Source: Minisyncoccota bacterium (lineage in GTDB: Bacteria > Patescibacteriota > Minisyncoccia > UBA6257 > 2-01-FULL-56-20). Taken from it: DNA of 64,000 bases. Of this stretch, positions 55,617-64,000 are shown one piece after another; the first letter of the stretch is position 1, and the number at the start of each line of letters is the position of its first letter. The notes under the pieces were generated by a model, which had not been told where the DNA came from, made no database searches, and saw only the letters and a list, made by a program, of their open reading frames with translations. The translations under genes were made by a program, and so were the position numbers. Location: NCBI GenBank assembly GCA_035509435.1, contig DATJLR010000002.1:209677-273676 (forward strand), given 5' to 3'.

Positions 55617-57674
55617 GTGAAGGGTACCATGGAAGCAGTCATCCCATCCGGTCGGCCGGCATATCAAAAATTTCTCGTCACATTCCTTTTATATTTCGCG
55701 ACCGGCGTCGGCGCGGAATATCTTTTTTATTCATTGCACACGGGACCGACGGTGCTCTGGCTGCCGGCCGGGATCGCGCTCGCGCTCATCGTGATATGGG
55801 GATATTGGCAATGGATCCCGATCGCGCTTGCGCAATTGTTCGTGCTCATCGCAAATCCGGCGCGGCCCGACGCTTTGTTCATTGCGGTGAACATCGTCGC
55901 GTATACGGGCCAGGCCCTCTTTGGCGGATATGTCCTTAAAAAATTGAAGTTCGACGGCGCGATCGTGCATCTTCGGGATGTGATCGTGCTGTTATGCGCG
56001 GGCGCCGTGACGACGGCGATCGCCCCCACCGTCCTTATCTGGGCTTCGGTATTGTTGTACGCGCATCCGTTCTCGTTCTGGACGAGCTGGAGCCGGATAT
56101 GGGTGGGCGGCCTTATGGGAACGCTCATCATCACGCCGCTCATCACGTCGTGGTACTACAGCGCACGCGAGGATTTTGTCGGCCTTGACTGGAAGCGATG
56201 GGGCGAGGCGGCCGTCGCCATGGTCGCCGTCGGCGTCACTACCTATTTTCTTTTTTGGACGACCGTGCTGGGCGACTATGGATTTGTCATGATCTATGTC
56301 CTGTTCGGGATCCTGTTTCTGGTGGGGTTCCGTTTCCGCCCGCGCGTCCTTCTTGTGGCGCTTTCTCTCTCTGCGGCATTCGGGATCACGGGAACGTTCG
56401 TTTTGCACGCGGGAGCCGCAACGCTCGGAACCCAGTTCTTCTCCGACGAACTTTTCTATATCCTCATTGCGCCGATATTCCTTATCATGGGGGTCCTCGT
56501 GGCCGAGCGCCAGCTTATCATCTTCCAGCTCGAGCAGGAGAAGCGCGGGCTCGCGGCGGCCATGGACCGGCTTTCCGAGCAGGACCGTTCCAAAAACGAG
56601 TTCATCAGCGTGTTCGCGCATGAACTGCGCAATCCGCTCGCGCCCGTCGTGAGCACACTTGAATATCTGCGGCTCAATGAAAAAGATCCGGAGAACATGA
56701 AGGTGGTGGAAGTGGCGGACCAGCAGGTGCGCATCGTGCGGCGGCTCCTGGATGACCTGCTCGATGTTTCGCGCATCAACCAGCGGAAGCTCAATTTGCA
56801 AAAAGAGACGGTTGCGCTCAGTCCGATCATCCAATCAGCCGTTGCCGCGGTACGGCCATTCTATGGTTCCCGTGGGCACTCCTTCTGGTTCTCGCTTCCG
56901 GATGACGAAGTGTATGTGAACGCGGATCCGGCGCGGATGACGCAGGCGCTCATGAACCTCCTTTTCAACGCCGGAAAATATACGCCGCCGGGCGGCATGA
57001 TCGAGCTTGTCTGCCGGCGCGAGGATGATGCGGTGTCGATCGTCGTGAAGGACAACGGCGCCGGCATTTCTCCGGACGCCATGCCGCTCATCTTTGAGCC
57101 GTTCCAGCAGGCATCGCGCGAAGCGGCAATGGGAAGCGGCCTTGGCCTGGGGCTTTTTATCACGCGGCAGCTGGTGGAGATGCATGGCGGAACGATCGCA
57201 GCGGCAAGCGCGGGGATCAACAAGGGAGCGGAATTCGTGCTCCGTTTTCCTGCGTTGCAGCGCGCGCCGGCAACGCTCGGCGTCCGTGCCGCGACCGCTT
57301 TCGGCGCGCCGGGCCGCTCGCTCGACATCCTTATCGTCGATGACAATATCGCCGGGGCGCAGGCGTTGCAAAAATTGCTTGTGCTGCGCGGCCACTCGGT
57401 ACGCATTGCCCTCGGCGCGGATGACGCACTGATGGCGATCGGCGATGCGGTCCCTGACATGGTCCTTTTGGACATCGGCTTGCCGGGAATGAACGGCTAT
57501 GACCTTGCGCGGGAGATGCGGAAGCGCGCCGCCAGGATCCGCATCGTTGCGCTTACCGGATACGGACAGGAAGAGGACCGGCGCGAAGCGGAGCGCGCGG
57601 GATTCGACCATCATCTTACGAAGCCGATCGGCCTTGCGGACCTTGAGCGCGTGTTCGTTGCGGTCGCGCGGTAG
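55617..57674 (+). CDS. hybrid sensor histidine kinase / response regulator with an N-terminal MASE1-like membrane domain
   Basis: About 8 TM helices. H-box HELRNPLAPV. HATPase GSGLGLGLFITRQLVEMHGG. C-terminal receiver ILIVDDN…DMVLLDIGLPGMNG. Own TATAAT promoter after the upstream terminator. Confidence 0.85.
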   Translation: MKGTMEAVIPSGRPAYQKFLVTFLLYFATGVGAEYLFYSLHTGPTVLWLPAGIALALIVIWGYWQWIPIALAQLFVLIANPARPDALFIAVNIVAYTGQALFGGYVLKKLKFDGAIVHLRDVIVLLCAGAVTTAIAPTVLIWASVLLYAHPFSFWTSWSRIWVGGLMGTLIITPLITSWYYSAREDFVGLDWKRWGEAAVAMVAVGVTTYFLFWTTVLGDYGFVMIYVLFGILFLVGFRFRPRVLLVALSLSAAFGITGTFVLHAGAATLGTQFFSDELFYILIAPIFLIMGVLVAERQLIIFQLEQEKRGLAAAMDRLSEQDRSKNEFISVFAHELRNPLAPVVSTLEYLRLNEKDPENMKVVEVADQQVRIVRRLLDDLLDVSRINQRKLNLQKETVALSPIIQSAVAAVRPFYGSRGHSFWFSLPDDEVYVNADPARMTQALMNLLFNAGKYTPPGGMIELVCRREDDAVSIVVKDNGAGISPDAMPLIFEPFQQASREAAMGSGLGLGLFITRQLVEMHGGTIAAASAGINKGAEFVLRFPALQRAPATLGVRAATAFGAPGRSLDILIVDDNIAGAQALQKLLVLRGHSVRIALGADDALMAIGDAVPDMVLLDIGLPGMNGYDLAREMRKRAARIRIVALTGYGQEEDRREAERAGFDHHLTKPIGLADLERVFVAVAR

Positions 57675-57711
57675 CGGGAAGCGCCTGCGGGACGCGTGAT
57701 ATAATTTTTCT

Positions 57712-58998
57712 ATGCGCGCACCAGGCCCTTTCCGGCAGAGGAAGGGTTTTACCCTTATTGAACTCCTCGTGGTCATCGCGATCATCGCCATTCTGGCGGT
57801 CGTCGTTGTTTTGACATTGAACCCGTCGGAGCTTTTGAAGCAGTCGCGGGATTCCAACCGCATCTCCGACATGGCAACGCTCAGTTCCGCGCTCAGCCTG
57901 TATTCCACGGACCAGTCCGGAGGGTCGGGGTTTTCCATGGGTACGCCGGGCTGGGTTTATGTTTCCATTCCTGATCCGCAGGCGACCTCCACGGCGGGAG
58001 ACCAGTGCCAAGGGCTCGGCCTGCCGACGCTTCCTGCGGGATACGCCTATCATTGCGCCGCGTCGTCCACCGTCCGGAGCGTCACGAACGCCGGATGGGT
58101 TCCGGTGAATTTCGCGGCGATCTCGTCTGGGGCGCCGCTCAGCTCGCTGCCGTTGGATCCGGTGAACGCTTCGTCCTCGCGCCTTTATTACACGTACGAA
58201 ACGAACGGCACGCAGTATGAAGTGACGGCAGTGATGGAGTCGCAGAAATACAAAGCGGGAGGAAGCGGCGATGTGATCACGCCTGACGGCGGACGGCTCG
58301 CCTCGGTATACGAAAAGGGGACCGCGCTCGGCCTTGAGCCGCTCGATTACGGCGACGCCTCGCTTGTCGGGTTCTGGCCGATGGATGAAGGATCCGGCAC
58401 GGTCGCGTACGACGACTCCGGCAGCAATGCGACCGGCACATGGAACGGCGGACAGGTGGGAACGGCAAGCGGCTATTACAGCGCGGGGAAAATCGGATCA
58501 TATGCCGGCGCCTTCGACGGGTCGAGCACCTATCTTGCGAACACCGGGAACAATCCGGCGCTTGTGCTCACGAACGCCATGACGCTCGTTGCGTGGGTGA
58601 AGGTGAACGCGTCGGGCACGGACATGAAGGTGATCTCCAAGAGGCCGTCGTACGTGCTTACCGTCTTCAGCAATAACATTCCGGAGACGGAGATATTCAT
58701 CGGAGGCACTTCAAAAGACACGCGCAGCGCAAGCGGCGGCACGACGCTCGTGAACGGCGTATGGTACCAGCTCGCGGGCACATATAACGGCAGTACGCTT
58801 ACTACGTACGTGAACGGCGTGCTTGACCGCCAGATCTCCGTAAGCGGCACGATGGACAGCACGGCGTACGTCCTTGACCTTGGGAAGACCGCCGACGGCA
58901 CGAATGCCAATTTCAACGGCCTTATTGATGACGCGCGGGTGTATAACCGGGCCCTGTCCGCCGCGGAAATAGCGGCGCTCTATAACGGCGGCAAGTAA
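57712..58998 (+). CDS. type IV pilin-like protein with a C-terminal LamG/ConA-like domain (paralog of 8374-9648)
   Basis: GFTLIELLVVIAIIAILAVVVVLTLNP prepilin motif and the LamG C-terminus (…DDARVYNRALSAAEIAALYNGGK). Confidence 0.8.
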   Translation: MRAPGPFRQRKGFTLIELLVVIAIIAILAVVVVLTLNPSELLKQSRDSNRISDMATLSSALSLYSTDQSGGSGFSMGTPGWVYVSIPDPQATSTAGDQCQGLGLPTLPAGYAYHCAASSTVRSVTNAGWVPVNFAAISSGAPLSSLPLDPVNASSSRLYYTYETNGTQYEVTAVMESQKYKAGGSGDVITPDGGRLASVYEKGTALGLEPLDYGDASLVGFWPMDEGSGTVAYDDSGSNATGTWNGGQVGTASGYYSAGKIGSYAGAFDGSSTYLANTGNNPALVLTNAMTLVAWVKVNASGTDMKVISKRPSYVLTVFSNNIPETEIFIGGTSKDTRSASGGTTLVNGVWYQLAGTYNGSTLTTYVNGVLDRQISVSGTMDSTAYVLDLGKTADGTNANFNGLIDDARVYNRALSAAEIAALYNGGK

Positions 58999-59074
58999 GG
59001 AGGGCGGCCGGTAAAATGTAAGAAAGTGGTATAATGAAAGAAAGGCCGAAAAACCTCAATCCATCATTACCACC

Positions 59075-59221
59075 ATGTGGAAACAATGGGTGAACGTATT
59101 GCTGGGGTTGCTCGTCATCGTGCTTGCCTATTCCTCGGGCGGCACAATGTGGTCCGCCATTGCGGGCTTGGTCGTGGCGATCCTCGCGTTGTGGTCGGCG
59201 CTCGAGAAGAAAAAAATGTAG
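59075..59221 (+). CDS. small membrane protein (48 aa, 2 TM)
   Basis: MWKQWVNVLLGLLVIVLAYSSGGTMWSAIAGLVVAILALWSALEKKKM, followed by a strong terminator at 59238-59277 (GCAAAGACCCCGC…GCGGGGTCTTTGC followed by a T-tract). Confidence 0.45.
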   Translation: MWKQWVNVLLGLLVIVLAYSSGGTMWSAIAGLVVAILALWSALEKKKM

Positions 59222-59319
59222 ACCGTTTTCTTCGGGCAGCAAAGACCCCGCCTTCGCGCGGGGTCTTTGCTTTTTATCGGCGCGCGCCGGATGGTGTTGG
59301 CGGTGGTACTATATATGCG

Positions 59320-60444
59320 ATGCGCATCATCGGACATCTTGATATGGACGCTTTCTTTGCCTCCGTGGAGGAGCGGGACAATCCGCGCCTTGCGGGGCGC
59401 CCAATCGTCGTCGGCGCCGATCCGGAAGGCGGCCGCGGGCGCGGCGTCGTCTCCACCGCCAACTACGCCGCGCGCGCGTACGGGATCCGTTCGGCGCTGC
59501 CGATCAGCACGGCGTGGCGCTACTCCGAAGCGGCGCGGGCGAAAGGGCTGCCGGCTGCCGTATTCATGGATGTGAATGTGGAAAAATACGCGGCGGAGTC
59601 GCGGCGCGTGATGGCGATCGTGCGTGCCCACATACAAGGCGAGATCGAGCAGGCGAGCGTGGATGAAGCGTACATCGATCTTTCGTTCGCCGGTTCGTAC
59701 GCGCGCGCGGAGAAGGTCGCGCGCGAAATAAAAGATGAAATAAAGATAAAAGAACACTTGACGGCGTCGATGGGCATCGGGCCGAACAAGCTCATCGCGA
59801 AGATCGCGAGCGACCGGCAGAAGCCGGACGGCCTTACGGTGGTGCGCGAAGAGGATGCGGAACAATTCCTTGAGCCGCTCACGTTGCGGACCATCCCGGG
59901 CGTTGGGCCGAAGAGCGAGCAGCAGTTCGCCAAGCGTGGCATACGCACGGTGCGCGACGCGAAGCGTCTTACCCGCGCCGAGCTCACCGACATGATGGGC
60001 AAGTGGGGCGCGGAGCTGTACGAAAAGCTGCGCGGGCGCGGCGATGCGGAGCTTGTCTCCGAATGGGTGCAGAAATCCATAAGCGAGCAGACGACGTTCG
60101 ACGATGATATTCCGGTGGACGGCCAGCTGAAGCATCGGAAGCGGCTCGAGGCGGCGCTCGGCGCGCTCGCGGAGGACGTCCACGCAAATCTGCTTGCCGA
60201 GATCGCCGCAGGCGCGCCGTTCACCTCGTTCAAGAGCGTGGGCATCACCGTGCGCTTCGCCGACTTCACCACGAAGACGCGCGTTGTCACGCTCAAGGCG
60301 CCGGTGGCGGCCGCCGACGTTACAGCGCCGGCGGTCATCAAATTCCAGGCGCTGCGGCTTTTTATGCCGTTTCTCGACCGGCGCGAGAATCCCGCGCACA
60401 AGGCGATCCGGCTGTTGGGCGTTAAGGTGGAGCGATTTGAATAA
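59320..60444 (+). CDS. dinB: DNA polymerase IV (Y-family)
   Basis: MRIIGHLDMDAFFASVEERDNPRL…. Start refined to ATG 59320; the upstream part of the track ORF is intergenic. Confidence 0.9.
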   Translation: MRIIGHLDMDAFFASVEERDNPRLAGRPIVVGADPEGGRGRGVVSTANYAARAYGIRSALPISTAWRYSEAARAKGLPAAVFMDVNVEKYAAESRRVMAIVRAHIQGEIEQASVDEAYIDLSFAGSYARAEKVAREIKDEIKIKEHLTASMGIGPNKLIAKIASDRQKPDGLTVVREEDAEQFLEPLTLRTIPGVGPKSEQQFAKRGIRTVRDAKRLTRAELTDMMGKWGAELYEKLRGRGDAELVSEWVQKSISEQTTFDDDIPVDGQLKHRKRLEAALGALAEDVHANLLAEIAAGAPFTSFKSVGITVRFADFTTKTRVVTLKAPVAAADVTAPAVIKFQALRLFMPFLDRRENPAHKAIRLLGVKVERFE

Positions 60445-60520
60445 CGTGGAACACTTTCATCCGGAAAACGTATTTTATTATGGTACGTCCCACAGCTATC
60501 GATCTTTACGAGGAGGGTTA

Positions 60521-60754
60521 ATGGAGGATGTGAGCATTCAGCACCTTGGCCTGGAGGGTTGCGGCTGGTATATAAAGAGAAAAACCGCAGACATCCAGAA
60601 GCCCGATTATCTTCACAGCGACGGAGTATGGCGCAAAACCACATACCAGCTTGTTGACGGCAAAAAGATCTTCACCGGATATTTTTCCACGGAAGAAGAA
60701 GCGCGGTCTGCATGTGATGGCGAGGTTTCTACCGGACTTCCTATCGCCGCGTGA
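60521..60754 (+). CDS. small AP2-like DNA-binding domain protein (77 aa)
   Basis: AGGAGGG SD. The stretch GWYIKRKTADIQK…DGKKIFTGYFSTEEEARSACD resembles the AP2 core (GKW.A.I….GKR..LG.F.T.EEAARAYD). Terminator at 60785-60813. Confidence 0.45.
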   Translation: MEDVSIQHLGLEGCGWYIKRKTADIQKPDYLHSDGVWRKTTYQLVDGKKIFTGYFSTEEEARSACDGEVSTGLPIAA

Positions 60755-60835
60755 TCCCGGTTTTTGTTTCACAACCCAAGCCCAAAGCCCGGCACAACCC
60801 GCCGGGCTTTTTCGTAATCTGGTAAACTTATATGA

Positions 60836-63352
60836 ATGGCAGACCAACCGTCGCTCGCCGCGCTCGCGGGCAAGAATATCAATGATGTGTTTGCGTCGCT
60901 CAAGACATCCGCAAAAGGGCTCTCGCCCACGGAGGCGACCGCGCGGCTTAAAGAGTACGGCCCGAACGAGTTTGCGGGAAAGAAAAAGCTCCAGCCGGTT
61001 TTGATATTCTTCTCCAAGTTCCGGAGCCCGCTCCTGCTCCTGCTCATCGTCGCCGCGATCATCTCCGGGATCCTCGGCTCGCGCATCGAGGCGACGATCA
61101 TTCTCGCAATCGTGATCGGCAGCGCGTTCATCGATTTTTTCAATACATACAAGTCAGCGCAGGCAGCGGAGGAGCTCCAGGAAAAGGTGACGATCACCGC
61201 GGGGGTCATGCGCGGTGGCGAGCTCAAAGAGCGCAATATGCGCGAGGTGGTGCCCGGCGATGTGTTCGCGCTTGAGGCGGGCGACCTCGTGCCGGCGGAT
61301 GCGATCCTTTTCGAAGCGAAAGATCTGTTCGTGAATGAAGGCGTCCTGACGGGGGAATCGTTGCCGGTGGAGAAAGCGGCGGATGGCACAAGCGCGGCGG
61401 CGAAAGGCACCACGAACACCGTGCTCCTCGGCACCAGCGTCGTTTCAGGAAAGGGCATGGCGGTCGCGGTGGCGACCGGCGCGCGCACGAGCGTGGGGAA
61501 CATCGCCGATAAGCTAAAGAAGCCCGACGCGCCGACGGAGTTCGAAAAGAACCTGAGCGACTTCAGCTCCTTCATCTATCGGACCACGCTCGCGCTCGTG
61601 CTCGTCGTGCTCCTGCTCAATATTTTCATCATCCACCGCGACTGGTTCCAGGTGATAATATTCGCCGTCGCGATCGCGGTCGGCCTCACGCCGGAACTGT
61701 TGCCGCTTATTGTCACGAGCAATCTGGCTAAGGGCGCGATCGAAATGTCCAAGAACGGCGTGATCGTAAAGAAGCTCGCCGCGATCCACAATTTTGGGAG
61801 TGTCGACGTGCTTTGCACCGACAAGACCGGCACGCTTACGGAAGACCGCATCACGCTCATCAAGTGCGTGGATGCCACCGGGAAGGATAGTGAAGAGACG
61901 AACCTGTGGGGCTATCTGAGCAGCAAGAACTTGACCGGCGTGCGCGGCGTGCTCGACGAGGCGATAGAGCGCTTCAAAAAGATCGACATCGCAGGCTGGG
62001 AAAAAGTGGACGAAGTCCCGTTCGACGCGGAGCGCAAACTGGAATCGGTGATCGTGCACAAGGGAAAACAGACGGTTCTGATCGCAAAAGGCGCGCCGGA
62101 AGAGATAGTAAAACTTTCTAAACATACCGCCGCGCTCCGTACGAAGATCACGAAAGAGTACGAGGCGCTCTCGGCGGACGGCTTCCGTGTGCTCGCGCTC
62201 GGCGTAAAGGGTGTGCCGCTCCGCAAGACGGCATCGTACGACAAGCGCGACGAGGCGGGCATCTCGTTCGTGGGATTTCTCGCGTTCCTCGATCCGCCGA
62301 AGCGCACCGCAAAGGACACGCTCGCCAAGATGGCGGCGCACAATGTGGCGGTCAAGATCATCACGGGGGACAATTATCTCGTCACAAAAAAGATCATGGA
62401 CGAGATCGGGGTACCGATCGTCGGGTGGTATAACGGCGACGCGATCGCCGCCATGCACGAGCACGAGTTCAAGAAAAAAGTGGAGACCGCGAACGTCTTC
62501 ACGCGCGTCACGCCCGAGCAGAAAGAGATGATCATCCGATTGTTGCGCGAGAACGGCCACGTCGTGGCGTACATGGGCGACGGCGTGAACGACGTGCTCT
62601 CCATCAAAGAGGCGGATGTCGGCATCTCGGTGAACAACGCGGTGGACATCGCAAAGGAAACGGCGGACATCATTCTATTGCGCAAAGGCCTCGGCGAGAT
62701 CATTGACGGCATCGTGGAGGGCCGCAAGACGTTCGCCAACACGTTCAAATATCTGATGATGGCGCTCTCGTCCAACTTCGGCAACATGTTCAGCATGCCG
62801 ATCGCGTCCATCTTCCTGCCGTTCCTCCCCATGACCGCGCCGCAGATCCTGCTCAACAATTTCCTCTACGATTCGTCGCAGCTTGCGATCCCGTTCGACA
62901 AGGTTGACGACGATTTCCTCGCGCGACCCAAGAAATTTAACATCGTTCTCATGAAAAAGTTCATGTATATATTCGGGCCGCTTTCGTCGCTCTTTGACTT
63001 CGCCACGTTCGGCGTTTTGCTCTTTGTATTGCACGTGAACGGCACCGCGTTCCAGACCGGCTGGTTCCTGGAATCCATCGCCACGCAGACGCTCGTCGTG
63101 AACATCATCCGGAGCAAGTTCAATTTTTGGGCGAACGGGGGACCGAGCCGGGCGCTCGTCGGCGCCACCGTGAGCGCGGTCATCGTCGGATGGGGCATCA
63201 CGTACTCCTTCCTCGCGCCCGCCTTCGGCTTCGCAAAGTTCGGCTGGTATCCGGTTGCGCTCATCCTTGTGATCGTCGTTGCATACCTCGCACTCGTGGA
63301 GTTCGCAAAGAAGTATTTTTACAAAAAATACGAGTATCTGATAGAGAAATAA
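60836..63352 (+). CDS. mgtA: magnesium-translocating P-type ATPase
   Basis: P-type motifs DKTGTLT, TGES and GDGVNDV; MgtA-like N-terminus and 838 aa. Confidence 0.85.
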   Translation: MADQPSLAALAGKNINDVFASLKTSAKGLSPTEATARLKEYGPNEFAGKKKLQPVLIFFSKFRSPLLLLLIVAAIISGILGSRIEATIILAIVIGSAFIDFFNTYKSAQAAEELQEKVTITAGVMRGGELKERNMREVVPGDVFALEAGDLVPADAILFEAKDLFVNEGVLTGESLPVEKAADGTSAAAKGTTNTVLLGTSVVSGKGMAVAVATGARTSVGNIADKLKKPDAPTEFEKNLSDFSSFIYRTTLALVLVVLLLNIFIIHRDWFQVIIFAVAIAVGLTPELLPLIVTSNLAKGAIEMSKNGVIVKKLAAIHNFGSVDVLCTDKTGTLTEDRITLIKCVDATGKDSEETNLWGYLSSKNLTGVRGVLDEAIERFKKIDIAGWEKVDEVPFDAERKLESVIVHKGKQTVLIAKGAPEEIVKLSKHTAALRTKITKEYEALSADGFRVLALGVKGVPLRKTASYDKRDEAGISFVGFLAFLDPPKRTAKDTLAKMAAHNVAVKIITGDNYLVTKKIMDEIGVPIVGWYNGDAIAAMHEHEFKKKVETANVFTRVTPEQKEMIIRLLRENGHVVAYMGDGVNDVLSIKEADVGISVNNAVDIAKETADIILLRKGLGEIIDGIVEGRKTFANTFKYLMMALSSNFGNMFSMPIASIFLPFLPMTAPQILLNNFLYDSSQLAIPFDKVDDDFLARPKKFNIVLMKKFMYIFGPLSSLFDFATFGVLLFVLHVNGTAFQTGWFLESIATQTLVVNIIRSKFNFWANGGPSRALVGATVSAVIVGWGITYSFLAPAFGFAKFGWYPVALILVIVVAYLALVEFAKKYFYKKYEYLIEK

Positions 63353-63412
63353 AACAGGATTGCTTCGCCTCCAGGCAGATGACCGTTCGACGAAGCAATC
63401 CTGTTTTATTTC
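63351..63412. terminator. bidirectional intrinsic terminator
   Basis: AAAACAGGATTGCTTCG…CGAAGCAATCCTGTTTTATTT. Confidence 0.7.
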
Positions 63413-63475
63413 TTCCGTGATCATGAAAAGATGCCGCTCGGTTTCCCAAGCGGCATCAAAGCAGTGCTACCACGT

Positions 63476-64000
63476 TCAGCTTTTGAGTATAAACCATCCT
63501 TCAGCTTTCGCTTTTTCAGCGAGAGCGTTGCCGCGGTCGACGACGACACGGAGCTCGGCGTATTCCAGCATCGGGAGATCGTTCATGCTGTCTCCGAGAG
63601 CGAGTATCGGTCTCACGCTGGGGGAGATGATCTCCTTTATGCATGAGACCTTTCCGTCGAAGATCGACAGCGGCTCCAGAAGATCCGAGGTCACGATGCC
63701 TCCATATACGATATTCCGGACACCGATCACCCCGTCGACTTCCAGGTTGAAGTATTCGACCACTCCACGAACTACGATTTCCGGCGAGGCGCTGACGATC
63801 CATACGGCGATGCTGTGGGCGCGAAGCTGTCTCATAAGGGCGACGACGCTTTCGCGGAGGTTGATCCCTTTCGCGATCGTGCGGCCGAAGAGGGTGGTGG
63901 TGGAAATGACGGTTCCTTCTTCGATCAATGCTTGCCGTACGGCCGCATTGACCCTTTGAGTGGTCAAATTGCGCAGGGTCTTTGCCCCGAACCGATAGGC
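63476..64000 (-). CDS. HAD-IB family hydrolase (phosphoserine-phosphatase-like); partial, continues beyond the window end
   Basis: C-terminal HAD motifs (…GDSMNDLPMLEYAEL…). The open frame runs to the window edge. Confidence 0.55.
   Translation of the reverse strand, partial: AYRFGAKTLRNLTTQRVNAAVRQALIEEGTVISTTTLFGRTIAKGINLRESVVALMRQLRAHSIAVWIVSASPEIVVRGVVEYFNLEVDGVIGVRNIVYGGIVTSDLLEPLSIFDGKVSCIKEIISPSVRPILALGDSMNDLPMLEYAELRVVVDRGNALAEKAKAEGWFILKS

Noticed and set aside
59077-59319. N-terminal extension of dinB from GTG 59077
   Set aside because: The canonical DinB N-terminus (MRIIGHLDMDAFFASVE) starts at 59320. The upstream stretch contains a separate small membrane-protein gene and a strong terminator.
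60194-60754. 186-aa ORF spanning the end of dinB
   Set aside because: Its first 109 codons are an alternate frame inside dinB. Only the last 77 codons from ATG 60521, which has a strong SD, were kept.
1-64000. CRISPR array, cas genes, reverse transcriptase/DGR, transposase or integrase
   Set aside because: No short regularly spaced repeats are visible anywhere. No ORF has RT, transposase or tyrosine/serine recombinase motifs. The LamG pilins have no template/variable repeat pair.

Overview
This is a high-GC (~60-65%) window with short low-GC (35-42%) inserts. Its gene content suggests a reduced Patescibacteria/CPR-like genome: compact housekeeping genes with short HrcA, ProS, PGK and SMC variants, pilin-like N-termini fused to LamG/ConA-like domains, and several apparently leaderless mRNAs. 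Core content I can support includes the hrcA-grpE-dnaK-(membrane protein)-dnaJ operon with a CIRCE-like operator, recR, dnaB, cysS, corA, ychF, rnhB-rpmF-nusB-rnc-smc synteny, rpsP plus a KH protein, efp, mnmA, proS and mreBCD-PBP2. It also includes rplU, pgk, a DHH phosphoesterase, an RNase HI with a hybrid-binding domain, RNase P RNA, dinB, an MgtA-type P-type ATPase, two histidine kinases (one a MASE1 hybrid), tRNA-Lys(UUU) and tRNA-Ala(CGC). No CRISPR array, reverse transcriptase or obvious complete mobile element is visible. Things that look non-routine: (1) both tRNA genes carry nearby partial direct repeats of their own 3' portions, like integrative-element att scars; one bounds a 147-bp insert carrying two hairpin/palindrome structures, the other a 0.7-kb low-GC single-gene islet. 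(2) A low-GC nucleoside-2-deoxyribosyltransferase-like gene sits between recR and dnaB. (3) Two paralogous type IV pilin-like LamG-domain genes lie about 49 kb apart, the second directly behind the MASE1 hybrid kinase. (4) A roughly 0.7-kb ORF-free, structured region with its own terminator lies upstream of that kinase and is a candidate ncRNA. (5) A low-GC cluster of three SD-preceded mini-genes (two Cys4) follows rnpB, with two XRE-family HTH genes just upstream. (6) A VirD4/TraG-like coupling ATPase is followed by a 27-aa Gly-rich mini-ORF that has its own promoter and terminator. (7) A small AP2-domain protein follows dinB. All product calls come from motif recognition by eye; no searches were run.
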